The notes under the pieces: generated by a model
Told to the model about the DNA's origin: nothing
The model's input: only the letters and a program-made list of their open reading frames with translations
The model's database searches: none
Translations under genes and position numbers: made by a program
In this document: one piece after another, positions 24,525 through 36,796 of the stretch
Position numbering within the stretch: position 1 is the stretch's first letter
Layout: every line of letters starts with the position of its first letter
From: Octopus sinensis
Lineage: Eukaryota
Length of the DNA stretch: 64,000 nucleotides
NCBI RefSeq assembly: GCF_006345805.1
Contig: NC_043006.1
Coordinates: 70,680,001 to 70,744,000, forward strand
Direction: 5' to 3'

Positions 24525-24730
24525 AAGGCGGCAAGCTGGCAGAAACATTAGCACACCGGGCGAAATGCTTCGCAGTATTTCATCTGTCTCTGAGTTCAAA
24601 CTCCGCCAAGGTCAATTTTGCCTTTCATCCTTTCAGGGTCAATAAATTAAGTACCAGTTGTGTACTGGGTCAATCTAATTGACTGGCCCCCTCCCCCAAA
24701 ATTTTGGACCTTGTGCTTAGAGTAGAAAAG
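24525..24730 (+). mobile_element. SINE-like family B (AAGGCGGCGAGCTGGCAGAA..GAGTTCAAATTCCGCC..CCCCTCCCCC)
   Basis: B-box-like GAGTTCAAA. Further copies: + about 7570-7760, 8445-8656, 8682-8885, 46372-46490, 51630-52005, 58710-58865; - about 3093-3308, 29140-29320, 53465-53595, 57945-58135, 59060-59250, 63300-63420. Confidence 0.85.
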
Positions 24731-25714
24731 CATATATATATATAGATAGATAGATAGATAATCTTTTATTTGTTTTAGCCTTTACACTGTGGCCATGCTG
24801 GAGCACTACCTTGAAAAATTTTTAGTTGAAGCAATTGACCCCAGTACTCAATTATATATGTATAATTCTAGATTTACAGATATGTTGGTCACTAATGGAA
24901 TACCCTTCATCACAGTTCTGCTGGTTTGTGGTTGACCCGGGGCTAAGCAGCAATAAGTGAATAATTGATTTGGAGTAAAACCTTGCTGTGACCTTAATCA
25001 TGTTATTGGTGGTGGCGGTGGCAGCAGCGGCAGCAGCGGCAGCAGAGGAGGCAGCAGCTGCTGGTTAAATCCCCAGTAATGTTTATAAACATTTGCTGCT
25101 ATTCTCACCTACAATTTAGTGAGAGAGAAAGAAAGAAAGGAGAATGTCAAGGACATTGAGATGGATCAACCAATTCTCTCTCTCTCTTTGTCACTCTCTT
25201 TTTCTCTCCTTCTCTCTCTTTCTCCTCCTCTCTCCCTCTCTTCTATCAATATATAGGGGACATATTCTGAAATGTTAGGTGTATGTGTTGTAGGAGATGG
25301 TCTCACCAATGTCCACAGTGTCACCCTGGATGATGTTTAGTTACATAAGAGTGTGTGTGGAAGGGGAGGGTACAGCATCTCTCTCCTCACTCTCACTCCC
25401 TCTTTCTCTCTGCCTCTCTCCCCTCTCTCTTTCTCTTGCATCTCTCCCGTCTCTCTTTCTCACTCCCTTCTCATCATTTACATACACAGACACATATATT
25501 CATATACATACAGTACTATCTTAAGGCACAAGCATAGAAGGCAGTGGCCCAGGGGTCTCACAAATCTAGGGCTCCACTTCCAATCTATGTATGCTATGCG
25601 CTTGCTGTCAGTAAATAAATACAAATACTATAGGGCCTAGTGAATTGATTTTCCAAGGGGTCTAGAATACTGCCAAGATGGTCCTGTATACACACACACA
25701 CATATATATGTAAC

Positions 25715-26000
25715 ATCATCATTGTTTAACGTTCGTTTTCCATGCTGGCATGGGTGGGACGGTTTGACTGGGGACTGGCAAGCCAGGGGGCCACACCGGA
25801 CTCGAATCTGATCTGGCAATGTTTCTACAGCTGGATGCCCTTCCTAATGCCAACCACTCCGAGAGTGTAGTGGATGATGCATTTTACGTGCCACCGGCAC
25901 GGGAGCCAGTTAGGTGGCACTGGCATCAGCCATGTTCGGATGGGGCTTTTTATGTGTCACCAGCACAGGAGCCAGTCAGGGCAGAGGAGCTGGCATTGAC
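25715..26000 (-). mobile_element. Family C RTE 3'-UTR copy
   Basis: Shared tail and VNTR motifs. Confidence 0.8.
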
Positions 26001-27194
26001 CATGTAGATATGTAAAACAAAATGTCATGGTGCACCTTTCCAGCATGCCAGCCCAGTCAAACCATCCAACCAGCATGAACAACATACTTTAAATGATGAT
26101 GATATATATACCTTAAATGCAATACAGGTGTAGGCATATCTATGTGGTTAAGATGTTGGCTTTGCAACTATTAGGCTCAAGCTTAGTCTGCTGGACAACA
26201 CTTTGAGCAAGAGTCCTTTATTATAACTCAAAGCTGACCAAAGCCTTGTGAGTGAATTTGGAAGACACCCCCCCCCCCACACACACACACACGCAAAGCA
26301 GTCATATACATTTTTGGGTGTTTGTGTGTGTTTTTTTACACTTGTGCGTCCTTGAATATTATTCACTTAAAAGCATTGGTGTCGCTATTTCCCCCTATTC
26401 GCAAATCTTCTGAGGGGCTTTGTGCCATTGAAAACATGTGGAGTAAGGGATCCCTAATCTGTGAAAGAAGTAAGGGTTAGCCACAGGGAGTGCATCTGGC
26501 TGTAAAACAATGCTTCAGTGGTATATTCATCTAACCCATACTAGTGTAGAAAAATGGATGAATGAACATTTGATCAAACTAAACACTTTCTTATTGGCAT
26601 TTATATAAACACACAAGTAAACATATACTTATATACTTACACACACACACACACACACACACAGAGAAAGTGTGTGTGTGTGTATGTACCTATGTGTCTG
26701 TATCTTTTATCACTTAGAGGAGAAACCATACCACTGACTCTGAACATGGTGGGAGAAAATTATACATAGACTACATTGTGATGGTGGTGGTGGTTGTCTG
26801 TCACCACCTTAGTAGTTGTGTGATACAGTGTCAGTGGTAGTAATTGATATGTAGTGTGGGTGGTAGTGAACTGATATAATGTGTAGTAGTACTAGTAGTG
26901 GTAGTGGTGGTGAGTGCTACAGTGTGGGTGGTAGCTAGAAAAAAAATTGTGTCAATGTGTCTCAATTTGTTGTTTTAAGTTTATTTGTAAAGAAACAGCT
27001 GTTTATGTCTGTCATGTCAGAATGGCATAGACTGATGACTGATGGTGGTAGGTGAAGGTTCTGAGAGAGAGGAAAGGAAAGAGAGGACACATATAAATAG
27101 TGTATAAAAAGGGTCCGAGCTGTGTCCTCCTGAACCTTCATAATCCAAGCTGTGTACCTCGAGTCTTTGTTTGAGGAATTATGGGTAGGAGATC

Positions 27195-27665
27195 CCAAGC
27201 ATGTTTTCTACATGGACAGGCATATGAATGAGGACAGCTGCATAAAGAAGTGATGAGCTCTAATTGTAGAAGGGGTAGGTCTAGGAAGATGTAAGACCAA
27301 ATAGTGAGAACAGATCTTTGGATGCTGGCCCTCACTGAGGAAATGACAAGGGACCAGATGTGGCAATTTGTTGTACTTGATAAGAAGTGTCAAGCTAAGT
27401 GAAATCGCTGTCTTCCACACATACAAGCTTGTCCTTGAGGTGCTGGTGCCACATAGAAAGCACCCGTGCCAGTGTGCATGCCGGTGGCACACAAAAAGCA
27501 CCCAGCACAGTCTGTTAAGTGGATAGCATTACGGAGAGCATCCAGCTGTGGAAACCATGCCACAACAGACGGTTGGAGTCTGGATGGCTCCCTGCTATCT
27601 AGCTCCATGTCATACCATCCAACCATTGCCAGCATGGAAAAAGGACACTAAATGATGATGATGAC
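27195..27665 (+). mobile_element. RTE LINE 3' end (decayed ORF C-terminus + 3' UTR + (GAT)n tail)
   Basis: HMNEDSCIKK...LALTEEMTRDQ.WQFVVLDKKCQAK*, then the family-C UTR ending in GATGATG. Confidence 0.75.
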
Positions 27666-27816
27666 ATACCTGTTATGAATTTTATTATATTTATAATATC
27701 ATCATGATGAATATTAATATTTATATTTAGAATATATTTTATATACTGTAATGAAACATGTGTAACAGGAAATTTAAAATATGCCAAATATTTCCAGTCT
27801 CAGCTCTAATATATAT

Positions 27817-27915
27817 TGGGTAAGTGTCTTCTAATATATAGCCTCAGGCTGACCAAAGCCTTGTGAGTGGAAAATTTGGTAGATAGAAACTGAGAGAAGC
27901 CCAATTGTGTGTATA

Positions 27916-27946
<31 letters not shown>

Positions 27947-28183
27947 TATATATATATATATATGTTTGTGTGCCTATATGTGTCTGTATTTGTTCCCCAT
28001 CGTTGCTTGACAACCAGTGTTGGTGTGTTTACGTCCCCGTAACTTAGCAGCTTAGCAAAAGAAACCAATAGAATAATTACTAGGCTTAACAAAAAATAAG
28101 TACTGGGGTTGATTTTTTAACTAAAATCCTTCAAAGCAGTGCCCCAACAAGGCTGCAGTCTAATGAATGAAACAAGTAAAAGA
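27817..28183 (+). mobile_element. SINE family A
   Basis: Match to family A body and tail. Confidence 0.8.
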
Positions 28184-28769
28184 TTATATATAGTTGAAAT
28201 TTATAGGAAAACAAAAGACCAAGACAGGTGTATGAATAACAAGCAGCTATATTAGTTTGACACCTGGGAAAATGGAAAAGTCTTTTACATTTCAAGCATA
28301 CGCTCTCCAACAGTAAGGAATAAGAGAAAATAAAAAGAGAAAGAATGAAAAAAACTTGCGGCTTTAGTGGTCAAGCATGGTGAATAATTTGAAGGATTAT
28401 ATATGTACAGCCAACAGTAAACAAACCTGTGACTGAAATATTTCTCATAGTCGAGAACAAGTGAACAATGTGTAGTTTGTAATCATTTGTAAACAGACTT
28501 GTAACTGAAACATAACTAATAGCTGAAAAAATGTGAACAGTGTGGTGTACAGTCACCAGTGAACAGAGTTTGGCATACACTCAACAGTGAACAGACATTT
28601 GGGGAAGACAATACTGTTGTCAACAGATACTCATAGTACCACTCACCACCACCACTCTCACCACAATTATATCCAAAGTCATCACTATCATCATCATCAA
28701 TATCATTATATTCTTGCTATAATTGTGACCATCATCATTAACAACTCTAATTTTGAAATATATTGGCTT

Positions 28770-29130
28770 GCTAATGGTACGGGAGCAAGTCGGGAGGCAC
28801 TGGCAGTGACCACATTCGGATGGTGCTTTTTATGTGCCACCAGTACAGGAGCCGTTGGCGGGGGCAATGGCATTGACCTCATTCAGAAGGTACATTTTAC
28901 GTGTCACCAGCTCAGGAACCAATCAGGGGGCACTGGCATCAATCATTTTCGGACTGTGCTTTTTGTGTGCCACAGGCATGTAAGCCAATCATGGTTGATG
29001 CCAGTACTGCTTGACTGGCTCCTGTGCTGGTGGCACGTAAAAAGCACCCACTACACTCTCAGAATGGTTGGTGTTAGGAAGGGCATCCAGCTGTAGAAAC
29101 CTTGCCAGATCAGATTGGAGTCTGATGCAG
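28770..29130 (+). mobile_element. Family C RTE 3'-UTR fragment
   Basis: VNTR units and the GGAAGGGCATCCAGCTGTAGAAAC motif. Confidence 0.75.
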
Positions 29131-30092
29131 CCTCCAAGGGAGTACTGTAAGTCAATTACATTGATCCCCAGTACTCGACTGGTGTTTATTTTATTGACCC
29201 CAGAAAGGAGGAAAGGCAAAGTTAATTTCGGTGGAATTTGAACTCAGAATGTAAAGATAGATGAAATGCTGTTAAGCATTTTGACCGGCGTGTTAATGAT
29301 TCTGCTAGCTCACTGCCTTATAATTCTGAAATATATTACAATAATAATTGTGCACGCACACACACACACACATACACACACATGCACAAACACACACATA
29401 CTCTCTCTCTCACACACACCTAAGCTTTGTCTCTGGTCAGCCTCACCTTTCCACACTACCAGAAAGATCTGTTACAGGGCACCTACCCACTTCTTCACCC
29501 CTTATACACACCACAACCACCACCACCATCATCATCACCAAAATCACACACAAGTGGTGTGACAATTGCTAGTCTAGATATTACCCCACCCTAGTGGTAT
29601 TTGTCCATACCATCACAACAGAGCACAGCAGCCTTCTCTCATACACCTCAATTTTACATACCATCACACTGTAGCCTCCTCTCACAAACACAGCCTTCAA
29701 ACACACACACACACACACAGAATCTAGTTTTCATACCATCACAGCAACCTACACACACACACATCACTATTTTACATACCACAGCACATACACGCATTAC
29801 ATCTCTATTTTACATATAGTCACATGTACGTCTGTTTATTTTACACATCGCATTAATGTCACACACACACATACACACACACACAACACACACCACAAAC
29901 ACGCACACAACCATTGCACTTGTTGTCACTGCAATTGTTATTATAGTTGTTGTTGTCGTTGTTGGCAATTTGTCCTCTTTGGTGTTCTTGTGTTGAAGTT
30001 CTCACTAACATTTTCCCAGACATTAAAATTCTATTCCACATTGCTATACACAACATATAAAGGAAACTGTGGGTACTGACACATAAGTGTGC

Positions 30093-30128
<36 letters not shown>

Positions 30129-30189
30129 AGTGTGTAAACTTATACATATGTGTGTGTGGTGTGGTGTGGTGTGTGTGTGTGTGGCATCA

Positions 30190-30715
30190 TTGTCATCATC
30201 ATTTAACATCCATTGTCCATGCTGGTATGGGTTGAATGGTTTGACTGGGCTGTCACACCAGAAGGCTGCACCAGGATCCAGTCCGGTTTCGCATGGTTTT
30301 CTACAGTTGAATGCCCTTCCTAATGCCAACCACTCCGAGAGTGTAATGGGTGCTTTTATGTGTATCTGCCATGACTGCAATTTTGCTCGGCTTGAGAGGA
30401 CTTCTTCTCAAACACAACATAATGCCAAAGGTCTTAGTCATTGCCTCTATGAGGCCCAACACTTGAAAGGAGCTCAGCCACCTCGCCTTCATGAGGCCTG
30501 CTCAAAAAGAACTCAACCACCCCACCTCCATGAGGCCTGCTTGAAAGGAACTCAGCCACCTCACCTCTGTGAGGCTCGCTCGAAAGGAACTCAACCACCT
30601 CGCCTGCATGAGGCCAGCTCAAAAGGAACTCAGCCACTTTGCCTCCGTGAGGCCCAACGCTTGAAAGGAACGCAGCCTCCTTGCCTGCATATGGCCAACT
30701 TGAAAGGAACTCGAG
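30190..30715 (-). mobile_element. Family C-related RTE 3' end with a 39-bp tandem array at its 5' side
   Basis: About 7 copies of TTGAAAGGAACTCAGCCACCTCGCCTCCATGAGGCCTGC (30460-30715); the minus strand contains the RTE LGLTEA codons. Confidence 0.75.
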
Positions 30716-30995
30716 TCATCTTCATTCAGGTTTGTGCCTGTAGCTTCCATGCTCGCTGCAGTGCCTACTGACTTGACCAGACAATGCAAAGTTGCCTCAC
30801 CAGCGATTGCACAGCCTGGAACTTTAGCTCCAGTAAGGCTTGCATAGCTACCTCACAGATTCTCTCGACCTTAATGGCTTGATCCAAAGACAAGCCAGGG
30901 CAAGATATCCAGTTTCTTCGGAAACAGTTGAAACTCCAATAGAAGGGCAGACGGAGGAAGAAAATCACCAACGAATCACATATGGTTACATTATG

Positions 30996-31345
30996 GCCAA
31001 GTTCCTTTTGGGTGTTGGACCTCACAGAAGCAAAGTGGCTGAGTTCCTTTTGAGCATTGGATATCAAGACCTTTGGCATTATGTCATGCTTGAGAAGACC
31101 CATCAAACCGAGTAAAATTACAGTTGTGACAGATACCAGTGTCACACAAACTGGTACCCATGCTAGTGGCATGTAGAAGCACTCATTATACTCTCAGAGT
31201 GGTTGGCATTAGGAAGGGCATCCAGCTATAGAAAACCATGCCAAATCAGACTGGTGCCTGGTGCAGCCTTCCTGCTTACCAGCCTTGGTCAAACTGTCCC
31301 TCCCATGCCAGTATGGACAACAGATGTTAAATGGTGATGATGATA
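30996..31345 (+). mobile_element. Family C-related RTE 3' end, inverted relative to 30190-30715
   Basis: About 1.5 copies of the same 39-bp unit, then DLWHYVMLEKTHQTE*, the UTR and a (GAT)n tail. Confidence 0.75.
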
Positions 31346-31348
31346 AAA

Positions 31349-31470
31349 GGGTCCCATCACCTTTAAACGGAGTCTGCACGGATAGATTTCTTCAAGGAAT
31401 ACCAGATAAGCCACCCATACCTGGAAACAACTCACTCAACAAGAACTCACTACTTGAATGGACCATAAAC
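31349..31470 (+). mobile_element. Non-LTR retrotransposon ORF2 C-terminal relic
   Basis: TDRFLQGIPDKPPIPGNNSLNKNSLLEW resembles the 'D.FL..IPD.P..PG....NSL..W' LINE C-terminus; clade not certain. Confidence 0.55.
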
Positions 31471-31894
31471 AAAACTTGACTTAAAAAGGATTTAGATAAT
31501 CCTATCAAGTGGTGCTATTAAGTTAGAGATGGCCTGGACCAATCTTTGGTCGAAACATATCTAAGTTTTATATATATCATTTTCATATTGAGTTATATTA
31601 AAATGAAGATGAGAGATAGGAGGTGAAGGGGAAGAGGAGGAAGGGACAGACACACTATCTCTCTCTCTCTCTCACACACACACACCCACAACAACAACAA
31701 CCATAGTAAAAATTACATTGAAATGAAGGATTACTCAAAACTTCCGTAGAACGCATATTTCTTGCCCCAGAAGTCACAGTAAACAGTATTCTTGCTGGGG
31801 AAAATATTTCACTGGATCGTGCGTGTGTGTGTGTGTGTGTTCATGCACGCGTGTATCGTAAAGGTACTATTTTCTCTCCCTGATCATACATGCA

Positions 31895-31960
<66 letters not shown>

Positions 31961-32388
31961 CTCCCATCCTCCCCTTTTCATTTGCTTTCACTCACTCTCA
32001 CCTTTTGATCTGTTTATTACTCATCTCTCCACCTTTATTCTCTTTCAACTGACTACTTCCCCTCCCCCCATTCTTATTGTAATTCTCTATCACACCTCTC
32101 ACCCTCTCTTCTTCTCAACTCTTTTCTCTCTTTTCCCATCCTTTTTCTTCTTCTTTCTCTCGTTTTTCTTTCTCTCTCTCTCCCTCCCTCCCTCCCTCCT
32201 TTTTTGTTGATTGATTCAACTAGATTTGAAGGAGCAGTGGTGTTACCTCTGCGCCAACACATAGATACATATACGCCTATACACACATGTACATACAGTC
32301 ACACACACACACACACACACCTACATTCATATATAAAGTCACATATTTGCACACATGTATTGGTAAATATAATCAGTCACATACGTAT

Positions 32389-32421
<33 letters not shown>

Positions 32422-34301
32422 CATATTGGCAAACAATCAGTCACATACATACACATGCATATCAGCAAACATAATCAGTCACACACTCATATATATATAT
32501 ATATATATACATACACACACACAGTCACATACATACAGATACATAAACACAGTTTATGCAATTACACCAATTTACTATGCTTGTTGCTAATAGTGTGTGT
32601 GTGTGTGACATAGTGTGTCTGTCCCTTTCTCCTCTTCCCTTCCCCTTCACCTCCTATCTCTCATCTTGCAAAAACATCATTGAAGAAAAGCTGACGATAA
32701 AGACATAAAGACAAGGTTGGTGGTGAAGAGGTTGTTTATAAATAGTAAGGTAGGGGGGGAGCTAACGGTGGTGGTGGTAGAAGAAAGGTGATAAATGAAT
32801 GAGGAAATTGTGGGGGCAGGATTTTTTTTTAAATGAGGAGGAGGAGGAGAAAGTAAAAGGAAGTTGAAAATAGGAAATTGGTTAAAATCTGTGTGAATGT
32901 GTATCTCTGTGTGTGTGTGTGTATTGTGTTGTGTATGTGTGTGTGAAAGAGACAGAGAGAGAAAGTAGATATAAATAAGGTGAAATAAGGAAAAATAGGG
33001 CTTTGATAGTGAAAAGGGAGGGGGGGATACATTGATGATGTATGGATGTGGGTTATTAAGAATAGAAGTGATTCTGTACAATTGTATACACGCACGCACG
33101 CACGCACGCATGTCCATTCTACTACACACACATGATGTTGCCATGCCAACATCCAAGTTAAGGGATTCATCCATTATGTTCTTTCTCCTATTGTTTTCAC
33201 TTGATGTTGTTCCTGTTTCTGTTGATGTTGTTTTTGGTGATGCTTAGTCCTGCCCTATCCCCCCCTCCTCCCCATCACCAACCACCAGAAACAATGCTGT
33301 GCACCACCAGTAGCACAACCAAAGCCATTACTTCCGCAACCACCACCATCAAAACCGTACCTATGCTGCTACCAGCATCATTACTGCAACCTGAACCATT
33401 TAGGTTTGTTCTACGCGGTCACTTCATTTACTAGAAATAGCAGGCAAATTTCCCTCATGTTCATTGTACCATTTTAGAAAATGAATGTTGAATAATGCAG
33501 AGCTGAATTCCAGCTCCCTTTTACACAGGAAAAAGACAGGATGGTCACAGTTGGAATGTCTTTGGTCATAGGTCTTAGATAAGTGTCTTACTTGGGGTTA
33601 AATTACAACAGCAACAATACTGCTCTCCCACTTTCACTCTCACACTGTAACCCCTAATGTAATTGCTATCACACTAACCCCACTACCTTAAACAGTGATG
33701 GTGGTGGTGCTGGTGCTACTTGTAGTGGTGGTGGGTGGAGGAGTGTGATAGGAGCTGTACCAGTGTTGCAGTAACAGCAGCAGCAAAGTTCTTGCGACTG
33801 ATTCTTCAGTTGGAATCTTAACCGACTCCCTGCCAGAGCAGGAGTGGAGAGGAAATTCCTGCTAAGTTATCCTGGTTTCTGGTAGGACCTACTTTACTAT
33901 TCTTAACTCTTTTAATTCTTAACACTGATAGGTGGTGGTGCAAGTGAAGGAGGGGCACAGTCACAAAACTAATACCACCACCACCGCCATCACCAGCCCC
34001 ATCATCACCACCACCACCACTACTGCAAGCCACAAACAGATGAGACTGCTCCTTCCACCGCTCTGACAACCAAATTTGTTTTACATCCTCACACATTCTT
34101 TGATGCTTCTTACTGATGGGTATCTGTCAAGCGATTGTGGCACAGCTGGGGCATCATCTTCACAGATTTTAGTCAATGACATAACCATTGGGCTTATTTT
34201 TGTTAACCCTCTCTATCTATTAAATGATTAAATCCACATACATCTTAGTTTCATCTCTTCAGGAATGTAACAAGGTGTGTATATATATATATATCTCCTT
34301 T

Positions 34302-34336
34302 GTTTCCGACGAAGAGCTCCGCTCGAAACGTTAAAC
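34302..34336 (+). ncRNA. Second hammerhead-like motif in a short AT-rich repeat (about 34290-34440)
   Basis: GTTT-CCGACGA-A-GAGC-TCC-GCTC-GAAA-C-GTT-AAAC: stems I and II pair perfectly; core has U4>C. Confidence 0.5.
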
Positions 34337-34450
34337 CCTCCTTCCCTTCTTTCCTGAGTGTCCAATAATACTTTATTTGTTCTACGTCCTCGTGTTGCTG
34401 AGTTTTTTTTTTTTGTGTTTTCTTGTTTGGATTAACTTTATATATATGTA

Positions 34451-34481
<31 letters not shown>

Positions 34482-34531
34482 TAAATTCAACTTACGTTGA
34501 AGGTTGACAAATTTTGCTTTTAGAAGTGTTG

Positions 34532-34808
34532 AGATGTATTGAAAGATAGAGATAAGGAAATAATTTTATTCTCAAACACAGGATAATGCTAATAATATAG
34601 CATGGACAGGATAAGCTATCCATATTTTTGCTGAAAAATCTGTTGGCGGCCAGCCATGAGACTTGAACTCACATCCCTATGATTACGCGTCAAGTGCTTT
34701 ATTTTTCTACAAAAATATGGATAGTCTATCCTGTTTGTGCTATATTATTAGTATTATCATGCGTTTGAGAATAAAATTATTTCTTTATCTGTATCTTTCG
34801 ATATATCT
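34532..34808. repeat. Fold-back element, 108-bp arms around a tRNA-like 61-bp core
   Basis: Arms 34532-34639 and 34701-34808 (14 mismatches counted by eye); the minus-strand core has a T-arm GTGAG-TTCAAGT-CTCAT. Confidence 0.8.
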
Positions 34809-34819
34809 TTATCTTTTAT

Positions 34820-35185
34820 TTTTTACTTGTTTCTATCATCAGACTGTGGCCATGCTGGGGCATCACCTCAAAGAATTTTAGTCGAATAAATCAGCCCCAA
34901 TACTAAATTTTTCTTTTTCTTTATTCTTAAGCCTGGTCCATCTTCTATAAGTCTCTCTTGCCAAACTGTCTAGTTACAGGGATATAAACAAAGCAACACC
35001 GGTTGTCAGGTGATAGTAGGAAACACACACCCACATGATGGGCTTCTTTCAGTTTCTGTCTACCAGATCCACTCAAGGCTTTGGTGAGCCTGGTGCTATA
35101 GCAGAAGACACTTGCGCAAGATGTTATGCAGTGAGACTGAACCCGGAACCATGTGGTTGGGAACCAAACTTTTTACCACCCTTAT
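34820..35185 (-). mobile_element. SINE family A
   Basis: Reverse-complement match; another copy at about 35405-35735. Confidence 0.8.
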
Positions 35186-36372
35186 AAACACATACACACA
35201 CCCACATGACAGGCTTCTGACCAGTTCCCTTTTACCAAATTCCCTCTGAAGGCTAGGGGCTATGGTTGAATACATCTAACCAAAGTGGCACAAAGTAGGG
35301 TCAGACCCAGAACCTGAAGTTTGTGAAGCAAACTGCTTCACCATACCTCACCTGTACCAATGTGTGTGTGTGTGTTTGTGTGTGTGTATACATGTATATA
35401 TCTTTTAACTTTTACTAGTTTCAGTCATTGGATTGAGGTCATGCTGGAGCACCACCTTGAAGGGTTTTGTTGAATTAATCACCTCTGTACTTTTTTTTAA
35501 AAGCCTGATACTTATCCCATCAGTCTCTTTTACTAAACAACTTAGTTATAAGGATGTAAACAAACCAGCACTGGTTGTCAAGTAGTGAGGAACCTGCAGT
35601 TTCTGTCTATTACACTCACTCAGAAGGCATTGGCTGACCCAGGGCTATAGTAGAAGACACTTGCCCGAAGTGACATGCAGAGGGACTGAACCCCAAAACC
35701 AAACCACATTGCAAAACAACCTTCTTAACCACACTCATCTATACATGTGTGTGTGTGGGTGTATAAAAAGCACATAGTTTTATGACTGTTTCCGTTATAT
35801 TGATAGCTTTAAATTGTCAATTGAGACACTTGTTACTTCTCATGGTACAATTGATCCATCTCCTACGCAATATCTTTCTGTCGTTATTTTCTGCTTTAAT
35901 GATGTCGTAAAACAGCACACATAACCAAAATCTGTTTTGGGTATTGATGTTGGGGAGGCCTCTAATTACGATTTGGAGAAAGCCTGGTAGGTACGAGGTG
36001 CTGCAGTAGTAATTTCCACAGCCATTATTACCAGGAAGTAGATCCAAATACACAGTCTTCAGTCTGTGATTATGATATTGCTCACAGGTGTAGGAATATC
36101 TGTTAATGTAAACAATAATTCTAAAGTTGAAAAAAAAGTTGGATATGGTCTGGTCAGTGAATATTGAATCAAGAGTTCAATTCCATTTAGTAGTTTTGGT
36201 CTTATTCTTCTCTCTTTCACAAGGGGTCACTTATATCTGACATTTTGATTCATTTTCCATTCATTTTTGTGAATTTTTTTTTTCAAATGTATATGTATAT
36301 ACATGCTATTATGGTATTGAGCACTTTTCTCCTGCTTTTTAAAGTCAACAGAATAATATATATATATCTCTC

Positions 36373-36748
36373 TCTATATAAACGGCAGTTTGTCTGTGCG
36401 TTTTCTGTGTGTCTGTTTTCTCGTACCCTCACTCTGACCACGGCTTTCAACCGATTCTGATGAAACTTGACACACACATAGCCCAATGTCATAATTCAAA
36501 ACTAACGCAGCGAAAATTTTGAAAAGTTCCCCCAGTTCTGAAAAAAATCGATAAATTCGACATGGGGTCGAGAATCAGAAACCCAAACCACAGACCGTCT
36601 AGGGGACGCAACTCCACCTTTTTTAACTCTCAAAAAATTTACCATCATTTTTTTCCCATTTTTTTGCTATTTATTGGCTATAACTCTCTAAAAATGCTTT
36701 ATAGTTATTTCCCTTACAAACCTGAGCAACGCCGGGCGATACTGCTAG
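36373..36748 (+). mobile_element. Non-autonomous Helitron-type element
   Basis: 5' TCTATATAAA; 3' subterminal GC-rich hairpin remnant (CCTGAGCAACGCCGGG) about 10 bp before terminal CTAG, followed by T; CpG-rich, so probably young. Confidence 0.7.

Positions 36749-36796
<48 letters not shown>

Noticed and set aside
30130-30771. 213-aa ORF with 13-aa repeats (LKGTQPPxLxEA)
   Set aside because: Antisense reading of a 39-bp tandem array inside an RTE-derived repeat; not a supported gene.
35817-36053. 78-aa minus-strand ORF in unique CpG-containing sequence
   Set aside because: No recognisable domain, and no acceptor/donor pair giving a convincing exon.
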